DNA of 64,000 nt. It comes from Sebaldella termitidis ATCC 33386 (lineage in GTDB: Bacteria > Fusobacteriota > Fusobacteriia > Fusobacteriales > Leptotrichiaceae). The translations under genes and the position numbers were made by a program. The stretch spans positions 2,757,989 to 2,821,988 of the forward strand of contig NC_013517.1 in assembly GCF_000024405.1 (NCBI RefSeq), written 5' to 3'. Shown here in pieces: positions 1-9,446 of the stretch. The notes beneath the pieces were generated by a model that was given only the letters and a program-made list of their open reading frames with translations, was not told the DNA's origin and searched no databases. Position 1 is the first letter of the stretch; the number at the start of each line of letters is the position of its first letter.

Positions 1-137
1 CAGCTTCTTCTTACCGGACTTATCAATTTAAATTCTTTTCCTATAGAAACTCTTCCTAATTTACTTTTTATTTCATAAAAACATTTTACTATTTCTTCTC
101 TTAAATATTACACAACAACACCCTTTTATATATTTTC

Positions 138-240
138 TTATTACAAAACTACATTTAATTATACCTTAAATTTTATTTTTTTCAAGGATTTTTTTAAATT
201 TATTTTAAATATTGTATTACAAATTTTACAATATATAAAA
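138..240. repeat. ~100-bp direct repeat copy 1 (near-identical copy at 1748-1850), intergenic, AT-rich
   Basis: Visual alignment: tattacaaaactacatttaattataccttaaattttatttttttcaaggatttttttaaatttattttaaatattgtattacaaatt vs copy 2 with ~5 mismatches. Followed by hairpin ggataat-N13-attatcc. Confidence 0.8.
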
Positions 241-301
241 AGGATAATATCAAATAGTGACATTATCCTTAGTTTAAATCTTTTAAATTGCAGATATTAA
301 T

Positions 302-464
302 TTTATTTACTATTTATCATGTTTATCATTTCAACAATAGAAAATTCTTTTTCAAGTTTGAGGTCGTAAAAACCAGTATGAATATCGTTTTCATACAACC
401 AACATAAATCCGTTCCATAGGGAGCATGAAAAAGTTCTAAAATTATTGGATTAATATCATACAT
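302..464 (-). CDS. small ORF (~53 aa), possible immunity-protein fragment (WLYENDIHTGFYDL)
   Basis: Manual translation of minus strand. Below the ORF-track size cutoff. No clear RBS. Confidence 0.25.
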
Positions 465-502
465 TGATTTTGCACTTAAAATTATGAAATTGTCACTATT
501 AC

Positions 503-652
503 TTATGTATTATCTTCATCAATAGCATAGAAATTCCAACCATTTAATTGAGGAATAGAACTTTCTTCCCTAAAAGAATATCTAATAGGCTTTCCATAAA
601 GAATATTCTTAGAAACAATAAAACCACCATAATTTTCATTTTTTATTTCCAT
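503..652 (-). CDS. small ORF (~49 aa) with DUF2185-like motif (Y.FREE...GWNFYAIDED), immunity-protein-like fragment
   Basis: Manual translation. Motif resembles the C-terminal domain of the 331-aa SUFU/DUF2185 protein at 35514-36509. Overlaps the end of the ankyrin ORF by ~17 nt. Confidence 0.3.
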   Translation of the reverse strand: MEIKNENYGGFIVSKNILYGKPIRYSFREESSIPQLNGWNFYAIDEDNT

Positions 653-1204
653 CTTCAAACTCCTTTATTATTTTTATCACATCATTTCGCCAAGATAGTT
701 CTTTTACATAATCTAAACAAGTTTTCCCAAAAACATCTATATTTTTATAATTTGATCCATGTTTTAAAAAAATTTCATAAATTGGTTTTAATTCATTACT
801 TGGTAGTTTTGTTATTGTAATAGCATATTTTAATGGAATCACTTTATATTTATCCAAAGCATTGATATCAATCCCACCATTAATTAATAATTTTGTTACT
901 TCTAACATATAATCTATTGAAGGTCTATAATTACTAAAATAGAACCAATGAAGAGCATTTCGTTTAAATTTATCATCTTTAAAATTAATATCAATTCTTT
1001 CAGATAAAAGAAATTTTATTATTTTAGTTTTTCTAACTCATTTTTATCATTTACCAAAGTAAGACTTAGTAAATTTAAATTTACATATTTATCCATAGTG
1101 TTAATATCACCTGAATAAAAATGTAAAAAATCTTCATATGTACCATAACGAACAGCATCAAATTCATTTAATATCTTCAATGTACCTCTCCTTTTTTTAC
1201 TCAT
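636..1204 (-). pseudogene. ankyrin-repeat protein, apparently frameshifted (61-aa ORF 1019-1204 plus 90-aa ORF 636-908; the ORF-908 frame is open upstream to 1038 with no start codon)
   Basis: Both pieces show ankyrin-repeat-like sequence (NALHWF...EVTKLLINGGIDINALD..IPLKYAI). The frames overlap at 1019-1040 near a T5/A5 tract. Likely the immunity partner of the adjacent orphan toxin fragment. Confidence 0.5.
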
Positions 1205-1285
1205 ACTCGTGACTTCGATTTGCAGCCGGAGTTTCTAATCGATAATTATCAGGATTAAATTGAAAATCTTTCAATTCATCAAGGG

Positions 1286-1690
1286 TTATTTCACGTGTTT
1301 ATATTTTTCAAAAATTTCTTTATATGAAGAACCAGAATTGTGCCCAAAGTCAACAATTCCTTTTCTTGGCTCTCCAGGCTTCCAAGGAATTATTTCTCCT
1401 ATATTAGGTTCTCTTAAAATACCATCTGGATCAACTTGTTTATCATACACCGTTTGTTCAAATTTAAGTTTTTTCTTTCCAGTTAATGTAGGTCTTCCAT
1501 AAGCTTTCTTTTTCATATAACTTCCCATAACTTGTTTCGCTTTCTTTTTGGTTGAATATAATCCTATCGTCCTAACTTCTTCATAATCCTTATCTTTTCC
1601 AACATTATATGTATGCGTTAATCTATAAACTACTATCCTTTTTACTAAAAATAGCCGTATCCCAATATTATCAAAATTCTTTTCATTTGT
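1286..1690 (-). pseudogene. orphan polymorphic-toxin C-terminal fragment (frame open 1286-1690 with no start codon; first ATG gives the 80-aa ORF 1286-1528)
   Basis: Manual translation upstream of the listed ORF gives ...RIVVYRLTHTYNVGKDKDYEEVRTIGLYSTKKKAKQV-MGSY... with no ATG/GTG/TTG. Position downstream of tpsA and next to an ankyrin gene matches an orphan CT/immunity module. Confidence 0.45.
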
Positions 1691-1747
1691 TTATATTCTC
1701 CATTTAAATTTCCTTCTTATTCTCCCCTTTATGTTTTGAATTATTCT

Positions 1748-1850
1748 TTATTGTAAAACTGCATTTAATTATACCTTAAACTTTATTTTTTTCAAGGATT
1801 TTTTTAAATTTATTTTAAATATTGTATTACAAATTCAACAGTGTATAAAA
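1748..1850. repeat. ~100-bp direct repeat copy 2 (see 138-240)
   Basis: Near-identical to 138-240. The two copies are 1610 bp apart and bracket the orphan toxin-fragment/ankyrin module. Confidence 0.8.
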
Positions 1851-1977
1851 AAGAATATTATCCTGAATAGAAAACCCCAGTATTTTTAAGCATTAAAAAT
1901 GGTCCCGTCTAGATAAGACAGTCCCTTTTGTTGATTAATTATTATACATAAATTGATTTTAATATGCTTTTGTAAAC

Positions 1978-2340
1978 TTAAAGTATTTCTTTCATTTTGA
2001 AGTTTGGAAAATCACCATTGTCTATTTCAGTTTCATAAATTTGTTCATTAAAATACCTAATTCCTGGTTCCTCGACTAAAACTAATTCACCATGCCCTAT
2101 AATTTTCTTCCAATTTTCTTCTATTTCTAAGTACTCATGCGCCTTTTGAGAACTTAATAATCCTTCAGCATCAGAGCAGATAACAATACCTTTATTTATT
2201 AAATAGATTGCTATATTACATAAATCTTTAAAACTACTCAGTTCTGTATCAGCATGTATATAAAACTCATATAATGAAGAAGATTCCAAGCAGCATATCA
2301 AAAATTCTTTGATATATTCCTTTTTTCTTTTGTTACTCAC
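1978..2340 (-). CDS. acidic 120-aa protein, candidate immunity protein for the TpsA C-terminal toxin
   Basis: GTG start preceded by a strong SD (GGAGGAGG, 5-nt spacer). First substantial gene 3' of the tpsA toxin end. Acidic composition. Confidence 0.5.
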   Translation of the reverse strand: MSNKRKKEYIKEFLICCLESSSLYEFYIHADTELSSFKDLCNIAIYLINKGIVICSDAEGLLSSQKAHEYLEIEENWKKIIGHGELVLVEEPGIRYFNEQIYETEIDNGDFPNFKMKEIL

Positions 2341-2452
2341 TTTTAACCTCCTCCTTTACTGAATTTCTATGTAACAATGAAATCAAAAAAACTATTCTTT
2401 ATTTACCAAAAATGCTGACTATATCAGCATTTTCTATATTAATATTTATGAG

Positions 2453-2572
2453 TTATTTTCTGGAAACTCTTCTGATAAAGGGTTCCTTACCCATTTTGTT
2501 CCAACTAACCTTTTTTCTGAAGCTTTGTATAATTTTCTCTTTTTTCCAAAGATTAATATCATAATATTTCAT
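2453..2572 (-). CDS. 39-aa basic small ORF whose ATG overlaps the tpsA stop (ATGA), translationally coupled candidate
   Basis: Minus strand reads ...TTG ATG AAA TAT... where TGA is the tpsA stop. ORF MKYYDINLWKKEKIIQSFRKKVSWNKMGKEPFIRRVSRK. Confidence 0.3.
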   Translation of the reverse strand: MKYYDINLWKKEKIIQSFRKKVSWNKMGKEPFIRRVSRK

Positions 2573-5500
2573 CAATAAAATATTACTTTTTTAGACCATT
2601 CTATATTCAAATTATATTTATTATTTAAATATTGTAATATTTCAGTTGATCCATACAAACATATATATACTCCCTCCACTTCTAATTTGGAATATATAAA
2701 TCTTAACTTCTCATCTCCACCTGGTCGATGGTACCCATCATTACGTATTGAACAACCTTCTGACCAACTATTCGTTATAGTTTCATACGCTATTTTTTTT
2801 ATTTCATTATAATCATCTTCTTCGATTTTTTTTTCATATTGAAGTTTTGGTTTTTCATTTTTAAGAATACTATAATTATAAACTTTAAAACTTTTTTTAT
2901 TTATAACTACCTTTTTTTCGAATAATTCATCGTAGTCTATAATTACAGGATATGCCCCACCTATTACGGCTCCGATATTAGTTAAAGTTTCTCCTACCTT
3001 AATATTTCCGCCATTCTCTGCTATTATTGTAGTCTGATTGTTTACCCATTTGCTATCCTGATGGTTTTCTCCATAATTACCACCTAATGATGGTCTTGAT
3101 GATCCTGTTTGATATTGTGTTCCTTCTAGTTTTCCTGATACATTTAAACCAGCTCCCCAATTCTTTCCATCTGATGTATATTCATCCTGTAAGGATATTA
3201 TACTCAAATCTCTTCCAATATCAAAGTTTATTTTATCCGCTGTTACATTCACTCCTGCAAATAATGCATCCTCTTTAGTCGTTAACTGGAAAGTTCCACC
3301 TACATTTATTACAGAATTATCAAAGTACTTAGAACTTGTATTGCTGTTTCCTCCTGATATATTTAATCCACCTATTACATTCTGATTTACTATATCATAT
3401 CCTACACTTCCACCTGTTGAACTTGATTTTGTATCATTCTTATATGTATTCTCTCCTGCTCTTACAATAAAATTATTGGCATCTACTACAAAGTTCTCTC
3501 CTACATTTATCTTCTGGTTTACAAGTGTTACATCTCCGTCTGACTGTAGTATAAAATTCTTTCCTACATTTATATTTCCCGCCACTGAATTTGACCCGCT
3601 TGTATTCGATTCATAGCTGCTCTGACTGTAACTTGCCGACACTGAAGCATTTACTAATCCTTTTGCTGCATTTTGTAAGTTATTTCCACCACTTACCGGA
3701 TTATGTAATCCATCTGTAAGCAATCCTTTTAAACCAGTATAACCATTTCCTCCATACCAGTTTCTTAGATTCTGTGTTAATCCTGCTACATCTCTTAAAT
3801 CCTGAAATCCATTCCCTAATGTATTTATTGTTTGTGAAGGATTATCAAATCCGTAATCTTTCACATTATCCGCTACATTACTTACTGTATTTGCTAATTG
3901 AGCAGGAGTAAATCCTACATTTACACTTACTCCTATACTTGTACTTTTCTGCTTTATTGTTTCATTGTATACTTCCTGTGCATCTAATAATTCTACTCCG
4001 TTTACTCCTCTAATAACAAGGTTTTCTCCAATATTAGCCTGCATTGCTTCTGTTCTTACTCTGTTTCCTGCATCTATTACTGTATTTCCCTCTGAGACTA
4101 TTGTAGATACTGCTACTGTTGTTCCGTTTCTCTGCTGTTCCAGACTGGTCTGACTGTAACTCACTCCTGCTGTAAAGCTTCCTCCACCGCTTGCAAAGCT
4201 TGAACTAAACCCGCTTGTCTTTTCTTTAAATGAATAACTGTTCTCTAAAGTATCAACCAGTATATTTACATTATTCCCGGCTGTCATTGATATATTTCCG
4301 CCGGTATTCTCCAGTCCTTCTTTCACTGCTATTATATTTGATGCCCTTACATTTATGTCATTACCTGCATCAAGAATTATATTATTTCCTATTACAGTAC
4401 TTGCTGCTGCATATTCCTGATAACTCTTTTCTTCCATCTCATAACTTGACATAAATCCGTCATCTGTCTGTTTTGTTTCTTTTTCTATTGATTCTACTTC
4501 ATTCAATATGTTTATATTCTCCGCTGTCATTTGAACTAAACCATCAGAAGCTACTGTACTTCCCTTTATTGCTATATCTTTTCCTGCTTCCAATATTACT
4601 GCTTCTGTTCCTGTTATTTCAGATCCTATCTTCTGTACTGAATCATAATTTGCATAATTCCCGCTGTCTGCTCCTGATCTGTCAGAACCATTTAATGTAA
4701 TACTCCCTATCGATATATTCTCTTTTACATCTATTACAGTTGTTGTTCCGCTTACAATTCCAGCTTCCGATATATAGTTTTTAGCTCCTATGTATGTTGT
4801 ACCGTCTGATTCTATACTTCCTGCACTTAATATACTGTCATGGCTTGTACTGTTTAAGCTGTTTGTATACTGATTTGCCGTCACTATACTTGAACTGTTT
4901 ATTATATCTCCATTTTCTGCTGATAATGTTACTGAATCTATTCCTTTTATTCTTCCGCCTATATTTTCTATATTTCCTGCTGTAGCTATTACTGTTACAT
5001 CATTTCCCTTTATTTCTGCAAGCTCATTTGTACTTGTTACATTATAGACTCTTCCTGCATTTACATAAGTTACTCCGCCGTTTCCTATTATCTGTCCGTT
5101 ATTTCTTAATTCATCTGCATTTATTACTGTTAGTTCAAGTCCCCCTACTTTGTTTCTTCCGTCTGTATCTATTGTAGCAAGTGTAGCCTGACTTAAATAT
5201 ACCTTTGGCACAAGAACTTTTTCCCCGTTTACTACTTCATATTCATACCAGATTACATCACTTTTCAAAGCTTTTACCTGATCTGGAGTTAATGCCACTC
5301 CTACTGATAACTGTAAATCCTTTTGTAATTCTACTGAATTATCAAGCATTGCCTTCATAAGCTCACTGTCACTAAGACCATTGATAAATCTTGTCCCAAG
5401 CTTATCAGATATGGTTCTTGTTACCAGAAGATATTCATAATATGCATCTCCCAGTCTTCTTGCCCTGTTCCAGTCACCATTTTCATCATATCCTATTCTT

Positions 5501-7908
5501 GACAGGTAATAGTCACTTCCATAAAACTCTCCAAGATTTATATACTTACTTCTTGTTTCTATCAGATATTTTGATGTTGCATCTCCCTGAGTTATATTAT
5601 TATTGTCTGGCTTTTGTGTCATTGTAAACAGACTGCTTACTGCTCCCAAAGGATCTATCGGCAATACTCCCGATATTATTATATCTGTCACAGGTGTCAT
5701 ATTCTTTACTATATTTACTAATCCTGTTCCATTGCTTACTCCTGTATTTACTGTCTTATTTCCTACAAGACCTCCGCTTGTCGTACTTCCGTCTATTATT
5801 TGTTTTGATGTATCTACTCCTGATGTCAGCTCAAGATTTCCTGTATTTATGATAAGATTTCTTGCCTCTATTACACTCGCCTGTCCTGTTACATAAGACT
5901 GGTCTCCATTTTCTATACCTCTCCAGTACTTTACATGATACTTTCTGCTGCTTCCGCTTCCGTAATGTTCCTGTTTATAGTATTCTACCCCGTCTTTTAA
6001 CTGGACTAAATCTCCCAATGTTGTCTGGTTTCTTATTGTTGCTGCTGTTAATTCTGCTGTATTTCCTGCTGATATTTTTCCGTCCTTATTATTTAGTTCA
6101 TTTGCTATTATTTCAATATTGTTTCCTGCTGATATATTGGCATATGTAGTTACTGCATTACTCTTTATCTTTCCTTTTAAAGCTACTCCCGGAAACTGTG
6201 CCGAACTTGTCCTTATATATAAACCATTTGACATTGGATATCTGTCAAAATATCCCTCTACTACTCCCTGACTGAAATGCTTATAGTCTGCTGCTCCGGG
6301 TTCAAGGTTCCATAGGTCATCCAAAAACATATTTGCCAGTAAAAACTGATACTCTGCATTATCCAGTGCTGCAAGCAGTCCTGTTTTATACAGACCTTCC
6401 AGTTTATTGGATTTATTTTCTCCATGCTCCTCGCCCAGCCATCTGCTCATTACTTCTGCCTGTGTAAGTATCTGTCCGTCCCATGTTTCATAATATATCT
6501 CATAATCATTAAGTCCGTCTACTCTTCCTATATTATCTATCTTTGTTACATTTAATGATATATCTCCCGAACTTTGTATCATTCCTGTCTGATTCAGAAG
6601 ATAGTTTCCTCTTAAATTTATCACTCCTGTTGATAACAGCTCTCCGCTTAAGTTTTCAAGTGTATTAAACTGGGCATCTAAAAGATTTCCGCCATAAATT
6701 GCTTTTCCTGCATTATTCGTTATTTTATCTGCTGCAATTAATCCTAACTGATCTGAAAAAGCTATTAAATCATTATTTACAATATTATATCCGGATATTC
6801 TCCCGTTTTCTCCTTCTATTATATTGTTATTTACTACATTCCCTGTTCCTTCTACTACTACTGTATTTGAAGAAAGCCAGGTATTATTAGTAATATCTCT
6901 TCCTTTTATCTCTATATACCCTGTTCCTGTTGTTGTTCCTGCATTTAATATGTCATAACCATGTACCTGAAGCCAGTTCTCTCCATGAAGTGTCCCTGTT
7001 AAAGTCAGGTTTCCTGTTGTTGTTAAGGATACATTTCCGCCTCTTATCAGATTTGTGTTACTGTATCCTGACATATTATACAGCTCTATTTCTGATGATT
7101 CTACTGTACCGCTGTTTGTTAGATTTGATCCTGATAAATTCACTTTACTGTTGGAACCTATATATCCTGTATTATTTATTGTGGTATTATTAACTTTTAT
7201 CAGTTCATCTGCTGCAAGAGTCCCTGTATTAGTCAATCCTGCTGTTATTATCTCTATATTTGTCCCGCTTATATATCCGTTATTCGTTACATTGCTTCCA
7301 TTAAGTTTTGCATTATCTATTACTGTTATTTTATTGGTATTCAATATTCCTGTACTGTTTATATCAAGCAGTGTTGTCAGTATCTCTCCTGAGTTATTAA
7401 ATGATACTCCTGATGTATATATCTTATCTACTGCTTTTAAGCTTCCTGTATTTAATAAATTATTTGTATCTAATAAACCACCTATATTCATTACACTGTA
7501 GTTCTCAAGATTTCCTGATATTACAAAATCATCATTGGTATTTATTTCCCCAAGATTTCTTGTTCTGTTATTCTGTATTCCTTCTCCTGTACTTATCTTG
7601 GCTCCTGATCTGTTTTCCAGTGTTGTAGTTGTCAGCTTCTTATTTGATGTTATTTCTCCGCTGTTATCAAGTACACCTAATGTTACATTTCCTTCTGATA
7701 TCATTGTTCCAGTATTTATTGTATCTTTAGCTGACAAATCTCCCGATGTCTGTATATTTCCTGTATTTGTAAGATTTTTATCCAGTGATATTCTGTCTTT
7801 TCCGTAAAGGGCTCCGCTGTTGTCTGTATTCCCTTTTATCTTTAATTCCTTATCTGATAAAAGTCTTCCCTGATTTGTTGCATCTTTTTCTACAGATATA
7901 TTTCCTTT
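2572..7908 (-). CDS. TpsA-family filamentous-hemagglutinin-like exoprotein, C-terminal ~1780-aa segment: G/N/T-rich beta-helical repeats plus a distinct ~150-aa C-terminal (toxin-like) domain. Separated from the N-terminal segment by a frameshift.
   Basis: Long degenerate repeats typical of FHA/CdiA shafts. Frame open from 7908. C-terminus (..YETITNSWSEGCSIRNDGYHRPGGDEK..) shifts in composition after ..PVIIDYDELFEKK. Partner TpsB gene lies upstream. Confidence 0.8.
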   Translation of the reverse strand, partial: KGNISVEKDATNQGRLLSDKELKIKGNTDNSGALYGKDRISLDKNLTNTGNIQTSGDLSAKDTINTGTMISEGNVTLGVLDNSGEITSNKKLTTTTLENRSGAKISTGEGIQNNRTRNLGEINTNDDFVISGNLENYSVMNIGGLLDTNNLLNTGSLKAVDKIYTSGVSFNNSGEILTTLLDINSTGILNTNKITVIDNAKLNGSNVTNNGYISGTNIEIITAGLTNTGTLAADELIKVNNTTINNTGYIGSNSKVNLSGSNLTNSGTVESSEIELYNMSGYSNTNLIRGGNVSLTTTGNLTLTGTLHGENWLQVHGYDILNAGTTTGTGYIEIKGRDITNNTWLSSNTVVVEGTGNVVNNNIIEGENGRISGYNIVNNDLIAFSDQLGLIAADKITNNAGKAIYGGNLLDAQFNTLENLSGELLSTGVINLRGNYLLNQTGMIQSSGDISLNVTKIDNIGRVDGLNDYEIYYETWDGQILTQAEVMSRWLGEEHGENKSNKLEGLYKTGLLAALDNAEYQFLLANMFLDDLWNLEPGAADYKHFSQGVVEGYFDRYPMSNGLYIRTSSAQFPGVALKGKIKSNAVTTYANISAGNNIEIIANELNNKDGKISAGNTAELTAATIRNQTTLGDLVQLKDGVEYYKQEHYGSGSSRKYHVKYWRGIENGDQSYVTGQASVIEARNLIINTGNLELTSGVDTSKQIIDGSTTSGGLVGNKTVNTGVSNGTGLVNIVKNMTPVTDIIISGVLPIDPLGAVSSLFTMTQKPDNNNITQGDATSKYLIETRSKYINLGEFYGSDYYLSRIGYDENGDWNRARRLGDAYYEYLLVTRTISDKLGTRFINGLSDSELMKAMLDNSVELQKDLQLSVGVALTPDQVKALKSDVIWYEYEVVNGEKVLVPKVYLSQATLATIDTDGRNKVGGLELTVINADELRNNGQIIGNGGVTYVNAGRVYNVTSTNELAEIKGNDVTVIATAGNIENIGGRIKGIDSVTLSAENGDIINSSSIVTANQYTNSLNSTSHDSILSAGSIESDGTTYIGAKNYISEAGIVSGTTTVIDVKENISIGSITLNGSDRSGADSGNYANYDSVQKIGSEITGTEAVILEAGKDIAIKGSTVASDGLVQMTAENINILNEVESIEKETKQTDDGFMSSYEMEEKSYQEYAAASTVIGNNIILDAGNDINVRASNIIAVKEGLENTGGNISMTAGNNVNILVDTLENSYSFKEKTSGFSSSFASGGGSFTAGVSYSQTSLEQQRNGTTVAVSTIVSEGNTVIDAGNRVRTEAMQANIGENLVIRGVNGVELLDAQEVYNETIKQKSTSIGVSVNVGFTPAQLANTVSNVADNVKDYGFDNPSQTINTLGNGFQDLRDVAGLTQNLRNWYGGNGYTGLKGLLTDGLHNPVSGGNNLQNAAKGLVNASVSASYSQSSYESNTSGSNSVAGNINVGKNFILQSDGDVTLVNQKINVGENFVVDANNFIVRAGENTYKNDTKSSSTGGSVGYDIVNQNVIGGLNISGGNSNTSSKYFDNSVINVGGTFQLTTKEDALFAGVNVTADKINFDIGRDLSIISLQDEYTSDGKNWGAGLNVSGKLEGTQYQTGSSRPSLGGNYGENHQDSKWVNNQTTIIAENGGNIKVGETLTNIGAVIGGAYPVIIDYDELFEKKVVINKKSFKVYNYSILKNEKPKLQYEKKIEEDDYNEIKKIAYETITNSWSEGCSIRNDGYHRPGGDEKLRFIYSKLEVEGVYICLYGSTEILQYLNNKYNLNIEWSKKVIFY

Positions 7909-9428
7909 TTATTAACAAGATTTCCTGCTACATTCAGATTTTCTTTAGCATATACTGTTTCTTCTGTTTCAAGATTCCCTGATATTTCTATATTTTTATC
8001 AGAGATTATTCTTCCAGTATTTTTTGTATTCCCTGCTGTTATGTTTCCTTCACTCTGGATATCTCCGCTGTTATCAAGATCTCCTTTTATATCTGCCTTA
8101 TTTTTCCCGTATACAGTTCCTGATGAAGTCAGTTTTCCATTAATTTCAAGCTCTTTTTCCGATAGTATCTTTCCTGTATTTGTTGTATTTCCTCCTGTTT
8201 TTATACTTCCGTTACTCTGTATATTTCCTGTATTATTTAATTCTTTTCCTATTGTTATATTATTTTTGGCATAAAGTAAGTCTTTGTTATCTGTTTTTCC
8301 ATTTATTGATATGTTTCTCTCGGCTACTATTTGTCCGGATTTATTCACCAGACCTTTTCCAATATTAATATCATTTCCTGAATAGATATTTACTTCATTT
8401 TCAAGATCACCTGTTATTAATATATTGCCGGCCTGTGTTCCGTTTCCTTTCAAAGTTACCTTATCTGCATCTATTGTAAGGTTTCCTTCTGTATATGTAG
8501 AAGTGTTCTGGGTAAATTCTTTAGCTTTTACTTCCATGGCTTCTTTAGCCTGTGTTTTATTTGTGACAATTGTCCCGTCAGCATTAATTTTTAATACACG
8601 TTCTGAAATGACATCGCCTGCAACACCAATATTTCCATTTACTCCTACTATCTTTATCTGATTTCCATAGATTGAACCGAATGCTGATGAAGATATCAAA
8701 AGCTCATTATTACTTACCCCCTGTTTTGTATAATCTCTTGTATGAGGATTATAGTCAAAGTCTCCTGCTATCAAGTCAATATCTGCATTCTTTGCATATA
8801 TCTGTCCATCTATATACATCTGTCTTGATAGTAGTGCTAAATATCTTACTCCTTCTGCATTTATTCCTTCACGACCAATCTCTATTTTTCCTCCTCTTAT
8901 ATTAAAAGGAAGAAGATCTCCGTTACCGTCTAAGTCTACTCTTGATGTTGTAAATATTGCTTTATCAAAATTTATGAAGCCTGTATTATTTAAATAAAAA
9001 CCATTCTGTGATGAAAATATTATATCAGTTTTGTTTTCCGACATCACTTCAAGCCAGTTTTCTATCTCTACTCTGTTATTTCCGCCTACCCTGTTTAATA
9101 TTAATCTTGCTGCCTGTTCTTTTGTGAGATTTGGGTTAGCTGCCATCATTCCTGCGAGATAACTTCTCCCTACTCCCTGACCAAAGTTATTAAATACTGT
9201 AGGGTCTTTTGTTCTAAACTCACTAAAATCATTAACACTAATTCCTTTATTATTAGGAGTATTAATATTGATGATGTTAGCACCATTCTGAGCTCTGTCT
9301 ACATTTGTTTTCTGCGGTATATTTTTATCTACCTTTATATCTGCAAACAGCATGCTGTTTAACATTCCAAGCAGTAGCCCTACTGCTACATTTCTTTTTA
9401 CAATGTTATACCTTTTTCCTCTCTTCAT
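7890..9428 (-). CDS. TpsA N-terminal segment: signal peptide plus TPS secretion domain (hemagglutination-activity domain, ANPNL motif) and first repeats. Ends at a stop created by a frameshift relative to 2572-7908.
   Basis: MKRGKRYN..signal..NINTPNNKGISVNDFSEF...ANPNLTKEQAARLILNRVGG is a canonical TPS domain. The repeat pattern continues in the other frame after 7908. Confidence 0.85.
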   Translation of the reverse strand: MKRGKRYNIVKRNVAVGLLLGMLNSMLFADIKVDKNIPQKTNVDRAQNGANIININTPNNKGISVNDFSEFRTKDPTVFNNFGQGVGRSYLAGMMAANPNLTKEQAARLILNRVGGNNRVEIENWLEVMSENKTDIIFSSQNGFYLNNTGFINFDKAIFTTSRVDLDGNGDLLPFNIRGGKIEIGREGINAEGVRYLALLSRQMYIDGQIYAKNADIDLIAGDFDYNPHTRDYTKQGVSNNELLISSSAFGSIYGNQIKIVGVNGNIGVAGDVISERVLKINADGTIVTNKTQAKEAMEVKAKEFTQNTSTYTEGNLTIDADKVTLKGNGTQAGNILITGDLENEVNIYSGNDINIGKGLVNKSGQIVAERNISINGKTDNKDLLYAKNNITIGKELNNTGNIQSNGSIKTGGNTTNTGKILSEKELEINGKLTSSGTVYGKNKADIKGDLDNSGDIQSEGNITAGNTKNTGRIISDKNIEISGNLETEETVYAKENLNVAGNLVNKKEIYL

Positions 9429-9446
9429 AATCTCCTCACCTTTTTA

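Noticed and set aside
3087-8905. Numerous 60-150-aa plus-strand ORFs inside tpsA (for example 3087-3278, 4230-4454, 7055-7501, 8041-8274)
   Set aside because: They are antisense to a well-supported long CDS. They are L/F/S/Y-rich low-complexity translations of the reverse complement of N/G/T-rich repeats, with no RBS context.
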